Shown here: piece after piece, positions 38,256 through 49,868 of the stretch | How the letters are laid out: the number at the start of each line of letters is the position of its first letter | Numbering within the stretch: the stretch's first letter is position 1 | Assembly (NCBI RefSeq): GCF_009834535.1 | Contig: NC_045697.1 | Span: forward strand, 45,324,001-45,388,000 | Reading direction: 5' to 3' | DNA from: Camelus ferus | Lineage: Eukaryota | DNA length: 64,000 bases | Position numbers and translations under genes: made by a program | The notes under the pieces: generated by a model | The model's database searches: none | Seen by the model: the letters and a program-made list of their open reading frames with translations, nothing else | What the model was told of the DNA's origin: nothing

Positions 38256-40204
38256 TAAGGACAGAATCCTGGGAAAATTCAGAATGAGTGGGAGTTCGGT
38301 AGAGGCAGGAGGGCTTTCAAGGAGAGCATGGACAAGAGACTGGTCAGGGACACGTGTAGCCTCTGGTTGTTGCCTGGAGGGGCTGGGAAACTGCTCTACT
38401 GCACTGTGAGTTAATGCCCGTGGGGCTCACCCTCCTCCCCACGAGGGATCAGCAGGAAAGGATTTGGCAAATGAGAAGCCATTGTCCCCTTGACAAAATT
38501 CCACAAGAGTGGAATGGAGAACAGTGCTCCCAGTGCCAGGCCTGGAAGATTATGTGATGTGAGTAATAAGCTCCCACAGGGTTCTTTGGTGAATAGTTTT
38601 TGTGGGTTTTTTGTTTGTTTTTTAAAGAAACTAGAGACAGTAGTTTAAAGAGTGGAATTTTGTTTTGTTTTTGCATATTGAAAAGATTTGAGCTACGTAT
38701 GTTCTGAAGATACAAGAATTAATACAACAAAGTCCCTGCTCTGAAGTCCAATAAGGGAGAGGGCCAAGCTGACAGGCCTCTGGAACCCTGAGGGGTCACA
38801 CAACTACCATGCTGCTGAATCAGGGAGACTTCATGGAAGAAATGAATGGCTTTGAGGTGAAGAAAGATTGTGGGCTGCAGAGAGATGAGACCAGCAGGAA
38901 AATGGTGATGGGATCAACTGGCCCAGTTTCAGAAGCCCACAGAGTGATGTAGGCTCCTGGAGAGTGGGAATGCCAAAGACAAGTGCTAGTATTTTTCTGG
39001 GGTTAAGTTTCGGTAGAGCTAAAATGAAAGAAGGGCACAGTGACCCAAGGTTCTAGCTTTAGAAACTGAAATGGCTGCCCTGGGGTCAGTGTGGGGAGAT
39101 AAACAAGATGCAGATGAATGAAAGAAAAAAGGAAGGGAGGGTGCAAAACCAAAGAGACACGGAAAATGAGTGGGACTGAGGATGGTGGCTTTGCCCCTCT
39201 CCCATCCTCAGAAGAGCTTCTTCTGGTAACAAATGGAAGAGAGCTCAGCATGTATCCTGGGGGGGCCCTGGGCTGGGCTCAAATGTTGTGAGCACCAAGG
39301 CTGATCTGATGGTGTGGCCCAAGAGAAATTTGTGTGCAAGGGCAACTACAGAGTCTCCTGTCAGGGCATTTATCCCAAGAGAACAGGATTCAGACTAGAA
39401 GAGCTTGAGCCAGAACTTCATCATGCAGGGCCTTGGGAGTCTGAGCTCAGTTTGGAAGTAACCTGTTTCCAGCTCAGTCCCTTAGATGACTGTCCATGCG
39501 ATAAAGAGAAAGCAGGAGAAACAGAGATGTCCGTAAAACACCAAGGCTGCTTAAGGACTTCTCTGGTGCCACACAAAGATGGACATTTTACTCTGCACAT
39601 CTCCATAGGCCGCCTCCCAGCTGACGTCAGGAGAACCCTAACACTCTGGTGACAGTGCCTGTCAGGGACCATGGCACTCAGTGAAGCAGAGGCACACTCA
39701 GTGTGCAAGGATTTATTCATGAATGTGTGTCCTGCACTACCAGTGGGCCCAGAGGCACCTTGCAGAGGGGACCTGGTTGGGGGACTCTGTTCCTCAATCA
39801 ATGGAAGGGAAAGGCCAGTGGATCTTGGCTTCTCCTTATCTCCATAGAGGCAAAAGTCAAGATTTTAGGCTCTGGAATTAGATTGATTGGCTCTGCAACT
39901 CATTAGCTCTGTAAACTTGATCATAATATTTAACCCTTTGAGTTTGCTTCGTCAGGTACACTTAACGTTTCGGGTTGATGTAGCAAATGAGAAACTACAT
40001 GTTCACATTTAACCCATGAAACAGTCAGACCACACACTTGATTCCCTTTGTCTGAAAGTGCATCCTCCTCACTCCTTGTTGACTCTTACTCATCTTCAGT
40101 TTAAATGTCATTCCCCACCCCCACCCCCCAAGAGGAGTCATCCCTGAGTTCCTGCAGCAGATTCTGGATTGGCTACCCAACATCCATGACAACCTTCTCC
40201 TTTC

Positions 40205-40655
40205 TGTTTAGGTAGCCACTCCTCAGAGAATGCAATCCTGAAAAGTTCAGAGGCGAATCCTGGAGAGTCTCAACGGATCACAGTAACGTCCCTCGATTCC
40301 CAGCAGTTAGACGTGGGTGTGTGCCTTAGTTTGGACTAAAGACAGGTGAGGAGAAGTCACTGGAGGCTTCCGAGAGGGATTTTCCCACTCTTAAAAAAGA
40401 CTGTCTGTTACCACCGGGTGACTGACTGTCACAGAGGGAGCTGCTCCAGCCATCGTGGGGCCATGGAAGGGCAGACCCAGGTCTAATGCTGGCATGCTGG
40501 AGATGGCAGGGCATAACGGAAACAGCCCTGACATCACTGAGTTGCTAAATTCACCACATAGAGCCTCTTGACCTTGGGACTTCCTGCCATATGAAAACAA
40601 TAAATTTCCTTATCATTTAAGACAATTTAAGTTGGGTTAATTATTAATTATAGCT
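40205..40655 (+). mobile_element. Old MaLR LTR (MLT1J/K-like) inside an L2 remnant
   Basis: gagctgctccagccatcgtggggccatg...tgacatcactgagttgct...aataaatttccttatcatttaagacaatttaagttggg. Confidence 0.6.
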
Positions 40656-42489
40656 CCTGCATCGAATTTATGACCTCATCATTTTTGCTCTCATGATATT
40701 TTCCTTCACAGCATTTATCACATATATAGTTGCTTTCGTGTTTGTTTGGTAACGGTGTCCCTCCCCTGGATTCTGAAGTGCCAAGATCACATGTTGATTT
40801 TGCTCACCGCTGAATTCCCTGACTTTAGCACCGAGCTTAAGAGGGAGAGAAGCACCTTTGTGGAAAGAATGAATATAGAGCTCAAACATGGTCACTTTTC
40901 CCCTCCTTTTCCTCACCCCCCGACTCCTTGTTCTCTGTAATTCAGTATTGTTCACAGAGCACAGGATCCATCCCTGGGAAGGAACCTAAGTTCTCCCTAA
41001 GACTTGGACCCTGGGCAGCAGTCTGTACTACATCAGTGCCTTTCAAGATTTTACCTCAAGGAACAGTAAGAAAATACATTATTACCTGGTTGACCCAGTA
41101 CACACACATTTACATATTTAACTGAAATGAGAGGCTGATGGAATATATTTACTCGCACTATGTGTAGTGTTTCTGAAATGTTTATCCTATTCTATTTCAA
41201 TTTAAAAATGCATGCTCTGGCCCAATACATCAATTTTTGGACCCATTCATTATCAATGCACCGTTACCCCCACCTTCACCCCAGATGGACTGAATTAAAT
41301 GTAATGGCTTTGAAAATGTCTGGTTTTCTCTTTTTTTGTTGTTGTTAAACTATTCATAAACACTCAGGCCATCGACTTAAATGTCCATTATTACAGTGGC
41401 TTAACAATGGCTTATTTTCCCTTTCCCTGTGGAATTCTTTTCCATCCCCGTCTCCTCTAATTGGGCTATTTTGAAGGCCTGCATAAAATGGAAAGACTCT
41501 GGCATCTGTTCATGAAAAGTACTTTGTACGTCTGCTTATTTTTTTCGGTTAGCACACACATAAAAAAAAAAAAACAGGATTACATTCTCTCTCCTTTGAA
41601 ATGTAATGGCCCTATTCAACATATTTTCCGTGGGCCTAATTTCTATATAAGTTTATATATGTACTAGTGCAGACCGGTGTTACGAGTCCCACTGCCACCA
41701 TGTGGTTTAAAACCCCAGGGAGTTGGGTTCTAACGTTCTCCAGAGGCACAGTGAATAGACCCTCACTGTGCTTCCCGCTCCTCCACACAGAAACTACCCT
41801 TGTCTTCCGTGGATTTACCAGTGAAATTCCTCCGCAGGCAGGAGAAAAGGGGGAAAGCCACACTGAGATCTCACAACTCCGGGGCACAGCAAATAAGGCG
41901 GTGGGGTATATATATATACATACCATTTATATATATATATTTAGAAAACCATAATGTGAGCCTCGGGGTGGGGGTGGGGGCGTAATCAAAAGGCGCCGGG
42001 GAGAGCATTACCAGCTTGGGTGATCAAGAAAGCTCCCTGCCAGAAGACCAACAGATTCTGTAGGTTCCTTGAAACTCGGTTCAAACCACTTGCCCCCAGC
42101 ATCATGTGAATGAGCAAACTAGAGGCAAAGTATGGCTCCAGAGTCCGGGAAGCGCGCGTCGCCAAGCTGCTCTGGCCTCACGTGTCTTCTAGAAGGGCAT
42201 TGGTGTGACAGAGGAGAGCACGTCCAGGGTACGTGCGCTTGTTTGTGCTCTGGGAGTGGAGGCGAGGTGGGAGAGAGCCTTGCAGTGAACACAGACTGGG
42301 GTGGGGGTGGGGGTGGGGTGGAGGTAGGAGGGTGGAGATGGAGGGGGGAAGAGGGAGGGGAAGGAAAAGATGAACACCTCCCTGAACTTTCCTCTCGCCT
42401 CGTCCCACACACTTGAAATAGAAATAATAACATGAAAAAAAAATTGCTTACAACCACGATGTTATCTCCCTACTTAAGTTGTCTCACTC

Positions 42490-43490
42490 CGGAGGGGATG
42501 GGGTATAAAGCGCACACTGCGGCTGTCGCCGCTAGCTTGTCTCGGGAGTAAAGGTTGGGGCGGTGTGGGTGCGCGCGCGGGTGACCCCACCTTCAGGGAA
42601 GCCGGCTCCCTGCTCTTCCACGCCATCGCCCCGGCTGACCCCTGCCCCCCTCCTTTTCCTCCCCTCCTCTCCTCCCTCCTTCCCTCCCTCCCTCCCGGCG
42701 CGTCTCCTCTGCACCGGCCCCCGCGGAGAAGCCAGGCGGCAGCACCCGAGCCGCCGCAGCTCCTGCGCCCAGCGCGCTCGCCCGCGCCCCCGGCTCCCAC
42801 GTAGCGCGAGCGGCGGCGCTGGCAGCCCCGGGCCCGCGCTGCGCGCCCCGCGCCCGGCCCGGGTTGGCTGAGCTGACCCGCGCCCCGCTGGGGCGCCGCC
42901 GGAGGCTGGGCAGGGAGGGCGGCGAGTGAGCGGACGCGGAGACGCAGGGGCGGCGGCGCCCAGGAGACGAGCTGCGCACCTGGAAAGTTACCCGGCTGTC
43001 TGGTGAGGCTCGCGTGCGTGGGGCCCCGTCCGAGGGGCGCCGAGGGGCCGGGGCCAGGCTGCGCGCGGGTGCCGGCTGAGGTGTGCGGTGCGCGCGGTGC
43101 GCCTCGGTTCCACACCCAGCAGCTCTCCTGCCTGTGCTCCTGGCGTGTGAACGCGTGCACGCGGTGCCTTCGCTCAGGGGTGGCCGCCTTCCGTGAGCTC
43201 CTGGGGGCAGGGGAAAGCTACTGGATTTCCAGAAGCTCAGCTGGGGGCGGGAGGGGCGAGCTTAGCTCCCGCGGGGAGTCGTTAGGTTCTCACTCCTTTA
43301 CCCCGGGCGGCCGGGGAGGCTGCTGCCCTGGGCTGAAGGCTTGGCGGTCCTGTCGGGGCGTGCGCTCCCGGCTCCGCTTCGCCGAGCTCCGGGGAGCTGT
43401 TAGGAGACGAGGTCTCGGGCGAGGACTTCACGAGTCCTTGTAAACTTGTGTGGGTGTCCTGTGTCACTCTAGGCACCGTGAGGCGCTTTC
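42490..43490 (+). promoter_or_regulatory. PRKG2: CpG island / PRKG2 main promoter
   Basis: Very GC- and CpG-rich stretch in an otherwise CpG-depleted window. It contains GC boxes (ggggcgg) and TATAAAG at 42504-42510, and lies about 9.5 kb upstream of the PRKG2 coding exon. Confidence 0.9.
42700..43002 (+). other. PRKG2: Probable non-coding exon 1 (5' UTR) of PRKG2; 5' boundary (TSS) uncertain
   Basis: The coding exon begins with a splice acceptor 13 nt before the ATG, so an upstream exon is required. The best donor in the CpG island is CTG|GTGAGG (GT at 43003-43004). An alternative is CGA|GTGAGC (GT at 42926-42927). Confidence 0.55.
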
Positions 43491-44299
43491 CCATTTCTTA
43501 CTCTCTTTTTTCCCGGCGGTGAAGAAACAAAAGCAAACAGACAAAAACGAAATCAGTCACTTTGGGGATGAGAGAAAAAGCAAGGGGTTCAAGTTTGAGA
43601 AGAACTAGGGTGCAGAGGCACAGCAGGTGAGACCATGGCTCAGAATACGAAGAAACAACGCACGCAGAATGGACAGGGAGAAAGGTTGACGCGCTGATCT
43701 TCATCTCGTTGCCAAAGTGTCCAGGAGCTTCTTTATAAAGGAAGAGAGCAGCACACACCTGCCTGCCTCCTCGTCCCCCCGTACCCCCCCTCCCCCCGCC
43801 TAGTTCCTTAGAAATTACTGTCTCTTTTCTTTGGAAGTTTCTGTTTAACTCTGGGAGGAGGCGATCAGTCCCACATAACAGTAGCTGTCGCCGGTACTAC
43901 AGTTTAGTTTTACACAGGAGGGTAGGTAGTCTCATATGGTGGAGAATTCTCTTTGGTGAGTTAGAGGCCATCTTCACCATTGGAACACTGTGTGACTAAG
44001 AATAAATGACATAAAAATATGGTACACAGAGATCTTTCTCTTTTACCTGAAATGCTTCGCTCCAGTCCTCTGAAATCCTTACAGATGAGGCTAATTCCCT
44101 TCACAGCGAAGGCATATGTTGCCTGGAACCTGCCCAAGCCGTTTGAGCCCATATTTTCTTGCTTCCTCTAAGCTATTATCCTAACAATTATCCCCTTTTT
44201 CTGTGTTTTCATTTTCTCGGTATTCACTGGTTCATTATTCTGGGCTTACAAATACTCTCATGTTTTTGCTATTCTGAAAACCCATCGCATGAACCATGG

Positions 44300-46510
44300 T
44301 ACCATTTTGAAGTACTATTAGTGTCTGCTCTTCCCAGGGTCCTTTGTAATCCGGTTTCTAACCCAATTCTTATGTGAAAGGCTAAATTCAGTATTTTCCC
44401 CTCTGATCTGATTTACTTTGATATGCCTGTGGGATGAGCTGCAGCCTGCTCACCTCCTGAAAATCTCATCTTCACGGCTTCTATGATACTTCTCTTGGAT
44501 CTCTTACTGTACAACTGTTCCTTCTCCATCTTTGTTATTGGCAGCTCCTCCCCGTCTTCTCCTATAGGTCATATCCACAGGTACCATCTAAATGTACACA
44601 CATAACAATAGAGGCATTCCTTACTTTTCTCCCTTAGTGATCGCATCTACTAGTGGGACTTCAGTTCTTACCACTTGCCTTGACCTTCTTTGCTACCGTC
44701 TGCTAGAGATTTCCACTTTGATGACCACGGGCACCTCAAACTCAACAGATACAAATCCAGACTCAATACTTTCTCCATAAAGCATGCTTTTTCTCTTGAC
44801 TGTGGTCAGTGTCACAGTGCCTAGCCCATAGATGGTGCTGTATTCATTTTTAATGAATGAATGAGTTCATAGTACTGCCGTCCTCTAAGCCTGCCAAGAT
44901 CAAAACATTGGAACCTTTTTTGACTCTCCTCTTACGCGCGCCCATTTAATTACCACATTTGGAGATTCTGCCCCTGCAGTATTCCTCCCACCATTCTTGC
45001 CTTTTACTTTTAATCCATCCACATCCTCTCTCTGACAAACACAATAGCTTCTTCTTACCATCTCTCTAGTTTTTCTCTCAAACTTCACATGGATCTAAAC
45101 ACTCTTCTTCCCCTATTGCCAATCTCCTGGGCACTTTTATCTACTTCTTCAGCTTTACCTTTTACTTTTGTATCGACGATTGCTAAGTATTTTCAGCTTC
45201 TCCCCTTTGATTTTCTCGTCCCTTGTTTCTTACTGCCTACTGAACTTCTTGGCTTTAATGGTTCCACAGCTTCCTCAAACTGTCCAAAGTTAAACTCACT
45301 GTCATATCCCTCAAATCTACTCCTTGTTTTGGTTAATGACATCATCTCTTACCCAGTTGCCATAATGGAAAATTCCAAATCTTTATTCTTTTTCTTAAGA
45401 TTACTCAAATTCCATCAGCTACAATCTCCAGACCTACACCTATAAAATTACATTTCCTTGTGTTTACCTGCTTATCTGCTACCATAGCACCCAAAAGAAG
45501 CTGAATGGAATGCCAGTATGTTTGGCAGTGAAAATATGGAATATGTAGCATTTATAAAACTTGCTGTAAATATTTCTGTGGGGCACTTCAAAAAGACAGT
45601 CAGCCTCAGGAGTAGCTGAAATTTTGGTACAATAAAAAGCTCATATGACTGCTTCATGAGGGAAAATTACTCCCCAAATTAAGATGCTGTGGTCAGAGAA
45701 AACAAGCAGTAGATTCAAAATGGAGCCCCAGGTCAACAGTCACAGGGTCAGATGGACAGAAGCTTTTAATTGTGGCATCTACGTGAAACTGAGTTGTTTC
45801 TCATAAGGACAACTCTTTGTGGTTGCTTCAGGGAGGAGCAGCAGGGATTTATATACTCAGTGATGGTTAATTATTTTTTGAAAGAAATTTGGTGAGGCAA
45901 AGTTAAGAGTTCAAGTTTGAGATGCATCAGTTTCATGTCAACTTAGAAAACTGTCTCTAGAAGCCTCTGTAATTCATTTGACTTTGGGCTTACTTGCCCA
46001 TATTATGAAAAAGAATCTGTCCTACTTTTCATGATTTATTGAAGGGAAGGAAATTGCGGAGTTGCTTATAGCCATGGCTTTTATCAAATCCCCTATGATA
46101 ATGTTTTTCTCTTCTGGCCACCATGGAGATGGTCCATTTTTTCTTGAGTTCACCGTTAGAATAGGGTTGGGACTCTTTCTCACCTTTACCTTGTCCTCAT
46201 CCCCTCTTAACTTGGATTGGTGTGATAGCCTCTTACTTTGTCTTTCTTCCTCGAAGCTTTTTTCACTCCATTGCATATTTATTACAAAACAATTAATTAT
46301 TTTTCTAAAGGACAAATCTGACCATGTGACTTGAAAAAAACTTGACCTACACTAAATTTAGACACCATAAATGGCATATAGTTTTTCAGTATCTTTTTTC
46401 CAGTATTGTACTTTTTCAGCTTCATTTTTCATCACTCTCCTTTACCCATCATGCATTTCAGCCTGTTCCCTGAATATGCTATCAACTTTCTTGTACTCAC
46501 TCTTGGTACA
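44300..46510 (+). mobile_element. Degraded L2 fragments, with an unrelated insert at about 45492-46190
   Basis: ggcacctcaaactcaacag, aactgtccaaagttaaactca, atagcctcttact...tttctaaaggacaaatctgaccatgtgact. Confidence 0.55.
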
Positions 46511-46529
46511 TACTTGTTTGTTTGTTTGT

Positions 46530-47955
46530 TTTAATAGACTTTCTTTTTTAGAGTAGTTTTAGGTTTACAGAAAAATTGGATGAAAAGTACGGAGAGTTTC
46601 CCTAGTCTCCCCTCCCCTCCCCTGTTCTCAGCATCTTGAATCAGTGTGGTACATTTGTTACAGCTGAGGAGCCAATGTTGAAAAATTAACTGAAACCATT
46701 AGAGATTGCTCTTTTTGTTGCTCAGTTCTGGACAAATATATAATGACATATATCCACCATAGCAGTATTGCATAGAATAACTTCACTGCCCTGAAATTCC
46801 TCTGTACTCCACCTATTCATTTTTTCCTCACTCTCCCCAGTCTCCTGGAAACTACTGATCTTATGTCTCCAGTTTTGTCTTTTCCAGAATGTCACATAAA
46901 TGGAATCATACAGTATGTAAGCTTTTCAGATTGTCTTCCTTCACTTAACAGTATGCATTTAAAGTTCCTCCATGTTTTTTCGGGGCTTGATAGTCATTGC
47001 TTTTCATCACTGAATAATATTCCATTGTCTGGATGTACCACAGTTTGTTTAGCCATTTGTCTATTGAAAGACATCTTGGCTGCTTCCAAGTTTTGGCAAT
47101 TATGAATAAAACTTTTGTAAACATCCACATTCAGGTTTTGGTGTTGGACAAATATTTTCTTATCAGTTGGATAAATACTGAGGAGCATGGTATCTCATTG
47201 CTGTTTTAATTTGAGAGTCTCTAAAGACGTTTAATATTGAGAATTTTTCATATCTTTGTATGCCATGTGTGTATCTTCTTTGGTGAGGTGTCTGTTTAGA
47301 TCTTTTTCAGCTGGGTTGTTCATTTTCTTATTGTTGAATGTTAAGAGTTTCTTATATATTTTGGATAATAGTCCTTTATGAGATAGGTGTTTTGCAAATT
47401 CTTTCTCTCAGTCTGTGGCTTGTTGTTTTATTTTCTTAACAGTGTCTTTTGCAGAGCAAAAGTTTTTATTTAATGAAGTCCAGCTTATCAATTTTTCCCT
47501 TCATGGATTGTGCTTTTGGTGTTTTATCTAAAAAGTTATCATCAAACTCAAGATCACTTAGATTTTTTTTCCAGTATTGTCTACTAGCAGTCCTATAGTT
47601 TGTGTTTTACACTTAGGTCTTTGATCTGTTCTGATCTAATTTTTGTGAAAGATGTAAGTTCTGTGTCTAGATTTTTTTTTTTTTTTGGCATATGGATTTC
47701 CAGTTGCTCCAATACAATTTGTTGAAAAGATTATCTTTCCCCATTGATTTAATCTTTGCTCCTTTGTCATAGATCAGTTGACTAAATTTTTGTGGGTCTA
47801 TTTCTGGGTTCTCTGTGCTATACCATTAAGTTAGTTGTCTATTTTTTCACCAACACCAAACTGTCTTAATTATTGCAGCTGTATAGTAAGTATTGAAGTC
47901 TGGTAGTATCAGCACTCTAACTTTGTTCTCCTGCAACACCCTGCTGGCTTAGGGC
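46530..47955 (-). mobile_element. Old L1 (L1MC/L1MB-like) 3' UTR plus decayed ORF2 C-terminus
   Basis: ttttagagtagttttaggtttacagaaaaattgg...; the antisense translation FIIAKTWKQPRCLSIDKWLNKLWYIQTMEYYS is ORF2-like. Confidence 0.9.
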
Positions 47956-49019
47956 AGATTTTTTTGATCAGTAAGTTATTCTACTAGAATGAGTTATTTC
48001 ATTAGGTAAATAATTTTAATAATAATAATAGTAATATTTAATATTTATTAAACACATACTACATGTCAGGTGCTGTGCTAAGTTCTTATCATGGTTTATC
48101 TCATTGAACCCTCTAACAACTTTAAATGACATGCAACATTATTTTGTTTCTCTGTCAATCTGTGTGTCTACTTTTTCTATTATTCATGCTCACACTTAAT
48201 ATCGTGGCCAAGGGCATAGAAATACTAAGTGAAGGTACTTGGATTGGGACGCTGGCTCTCTACCTTAGCCAGCACTATACTGTCTCCTGTATTTACAGAT
48301 ATATATATATATATATATCAGAATCCAGATGGGTAGAGAAAAAAATAGATACTGTCTTGATCAGAGCCAAGATTCTGGTTTCAAACTACTTTAGGGCTAG
48401 AGGAAAAACAGACAACAAAGCTGGATTCCTCCCACACCGGCTGTCAGGCGTTAATTGGCCTGCAAGTCAGCTTTGCATTTCCTGTGTCTTTTCTAGTTAC
48501 CTCTTGTAAATGACAATTCTTAAATCTTGATTAAATTAATGTGATAATAATTTATAATTTTATATAGTATTGATCTCTTTTGCTAAATGCCACTACTCAT
48601 CATATTCCTTGCCCCTGACCCTAGTTGCAGAATACCTTCTTCACAGTGAACCATGATTTTTTTGTTGCCTTCAAAGAAAATTAAGTGGGCCTTTTTGGCT
48701 TAAGGGTGTCAGTGAAATATGTGTAAATAGAGGCTACATGAGGGAATTACAGATGAGGAGTCTGTGCAGTCCTGGATCCGAGGGTGGGGTGTTCATGACG
48801 CCTTCTGGTCTCCATCTTTTGGCAGGGCTTCCCTTAACTGGGAGGGTTTTCCAGGTTGTTTATTCCAGAATGGCTTTTTCGTCTCTTAAAGAAAGCTGTA
48901 ATTCAGAGTAAGGACACCCCCTCCCCTCACAATAATTTTTCTCTTTAAGAACCTCTTGCTACTAGACTTCTCCACTCAGTAATGACGCCCTCTGGGCTTT
49001 TCCTCACACCAAGCCACCA

Positions 49020-49235
49020 GTCCCGTACTGTAAGGTACTTGGTGCCTACTACATGCCAGACAGTGCACAGAATGCCTTACAAACACGCTCTTGATGATAA
49101 ATCTCTATGATGGATATAATTATATCCACTTTCTAGATTTGAAAACCTCAGATTCTAAGTAATTTATAGAGGATTATGCAGCTGGGAAGGGGGAGATTGT
49201 TTTCCTACCCTGCCTGGCTGGACTCCATTGCTTAT
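49020..49235 (-). mobile_element. MIR SINE
   Basis: gtgcctactacatgccagacagtgc...ccactttctagatttgaaaacctcagattctaagtaattt. Confidence 0.55.
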
Positions 49236-49271
49236 GTTAAATCCTGATCTTTGTCTCCATGCTCATTTCTT

Positions 49272-49448
49272 TTTTTTTCCCCCGTTTCAACTGAAGTACA
49301 GTCAGTTTACAATCTTCTGTCAATTTCTGGCGTACAGTGTAAAGTTTCAGTCATACATATACATATATGTATTCCTTTTCATGTTCTTTTTCTTTATGGG
49401 TTACTGCAAGCCATTGAATTTACCTGTGCTGTACAGAAGAAACTCATT
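49272..49448 (-). mobile_element. Short L1 3'-end insertion
   Basis: Poly-T followed by caactgaagtacagtcagtttacaat...; perfect 16-bp TSD tccatgctcatttctt at 49256-49271 and 49449-49464. Confidence 0.9.
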
Positions 49449-49469
49449 TCCATGCTCATTTCTTATTAT

Positions 49470-49868
49470 TTCATTTTACTTCAAAAACAAACAAACAAGC
49501 AAACTCACTGAAAAAGAAATCAGATTTGAGGTTATCAGGCAGAGGGGGTGGGAATTGGATGTAGGCAGGCAAAAAGTACAAACATCCAGTTATAAGATAA
49601 ATAAATAGTAGACATATAGTATACAACATGGTAAATAAAATGAACACTGCTGTATGTTATTTATGAAAGCTGTTAATAGTGAAAATCCTAAGATTTCTCA
49701 TCACAAGGAAAAATTTTTTCTATTTCTTTAATTGTGTATCACGACAAGATGATGGATAAATGTTCACTAAACTTCTCGTGGTCATCGTTTCATGATGTAT
49801 GTAAGTCACATCATTATGCTGTCCACCTTAAACTTACACAGTGCTGTATGTCAATTATATGAAAAAAA
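49470..49868 (+). mobile_element. Older L1 3' end (L1MA9-like)
   Basis: aaactcactgaaaaagaaatcagattt...aaaaagtacaaacatccagttataagataaataa...caccttaaacttacacagtgctgtatgtcaattatat followed by an A tail. Confidence 0.85.

Noticed and set aside
42474..43494. Several overlapping 60-228 aa ORFs on both strands
   Set aside because: These are low-complexity Ala/Gly/Arg/Pro-rich translations, expected from stop-codon depletion in a CpG island; there is no recognisable domain.
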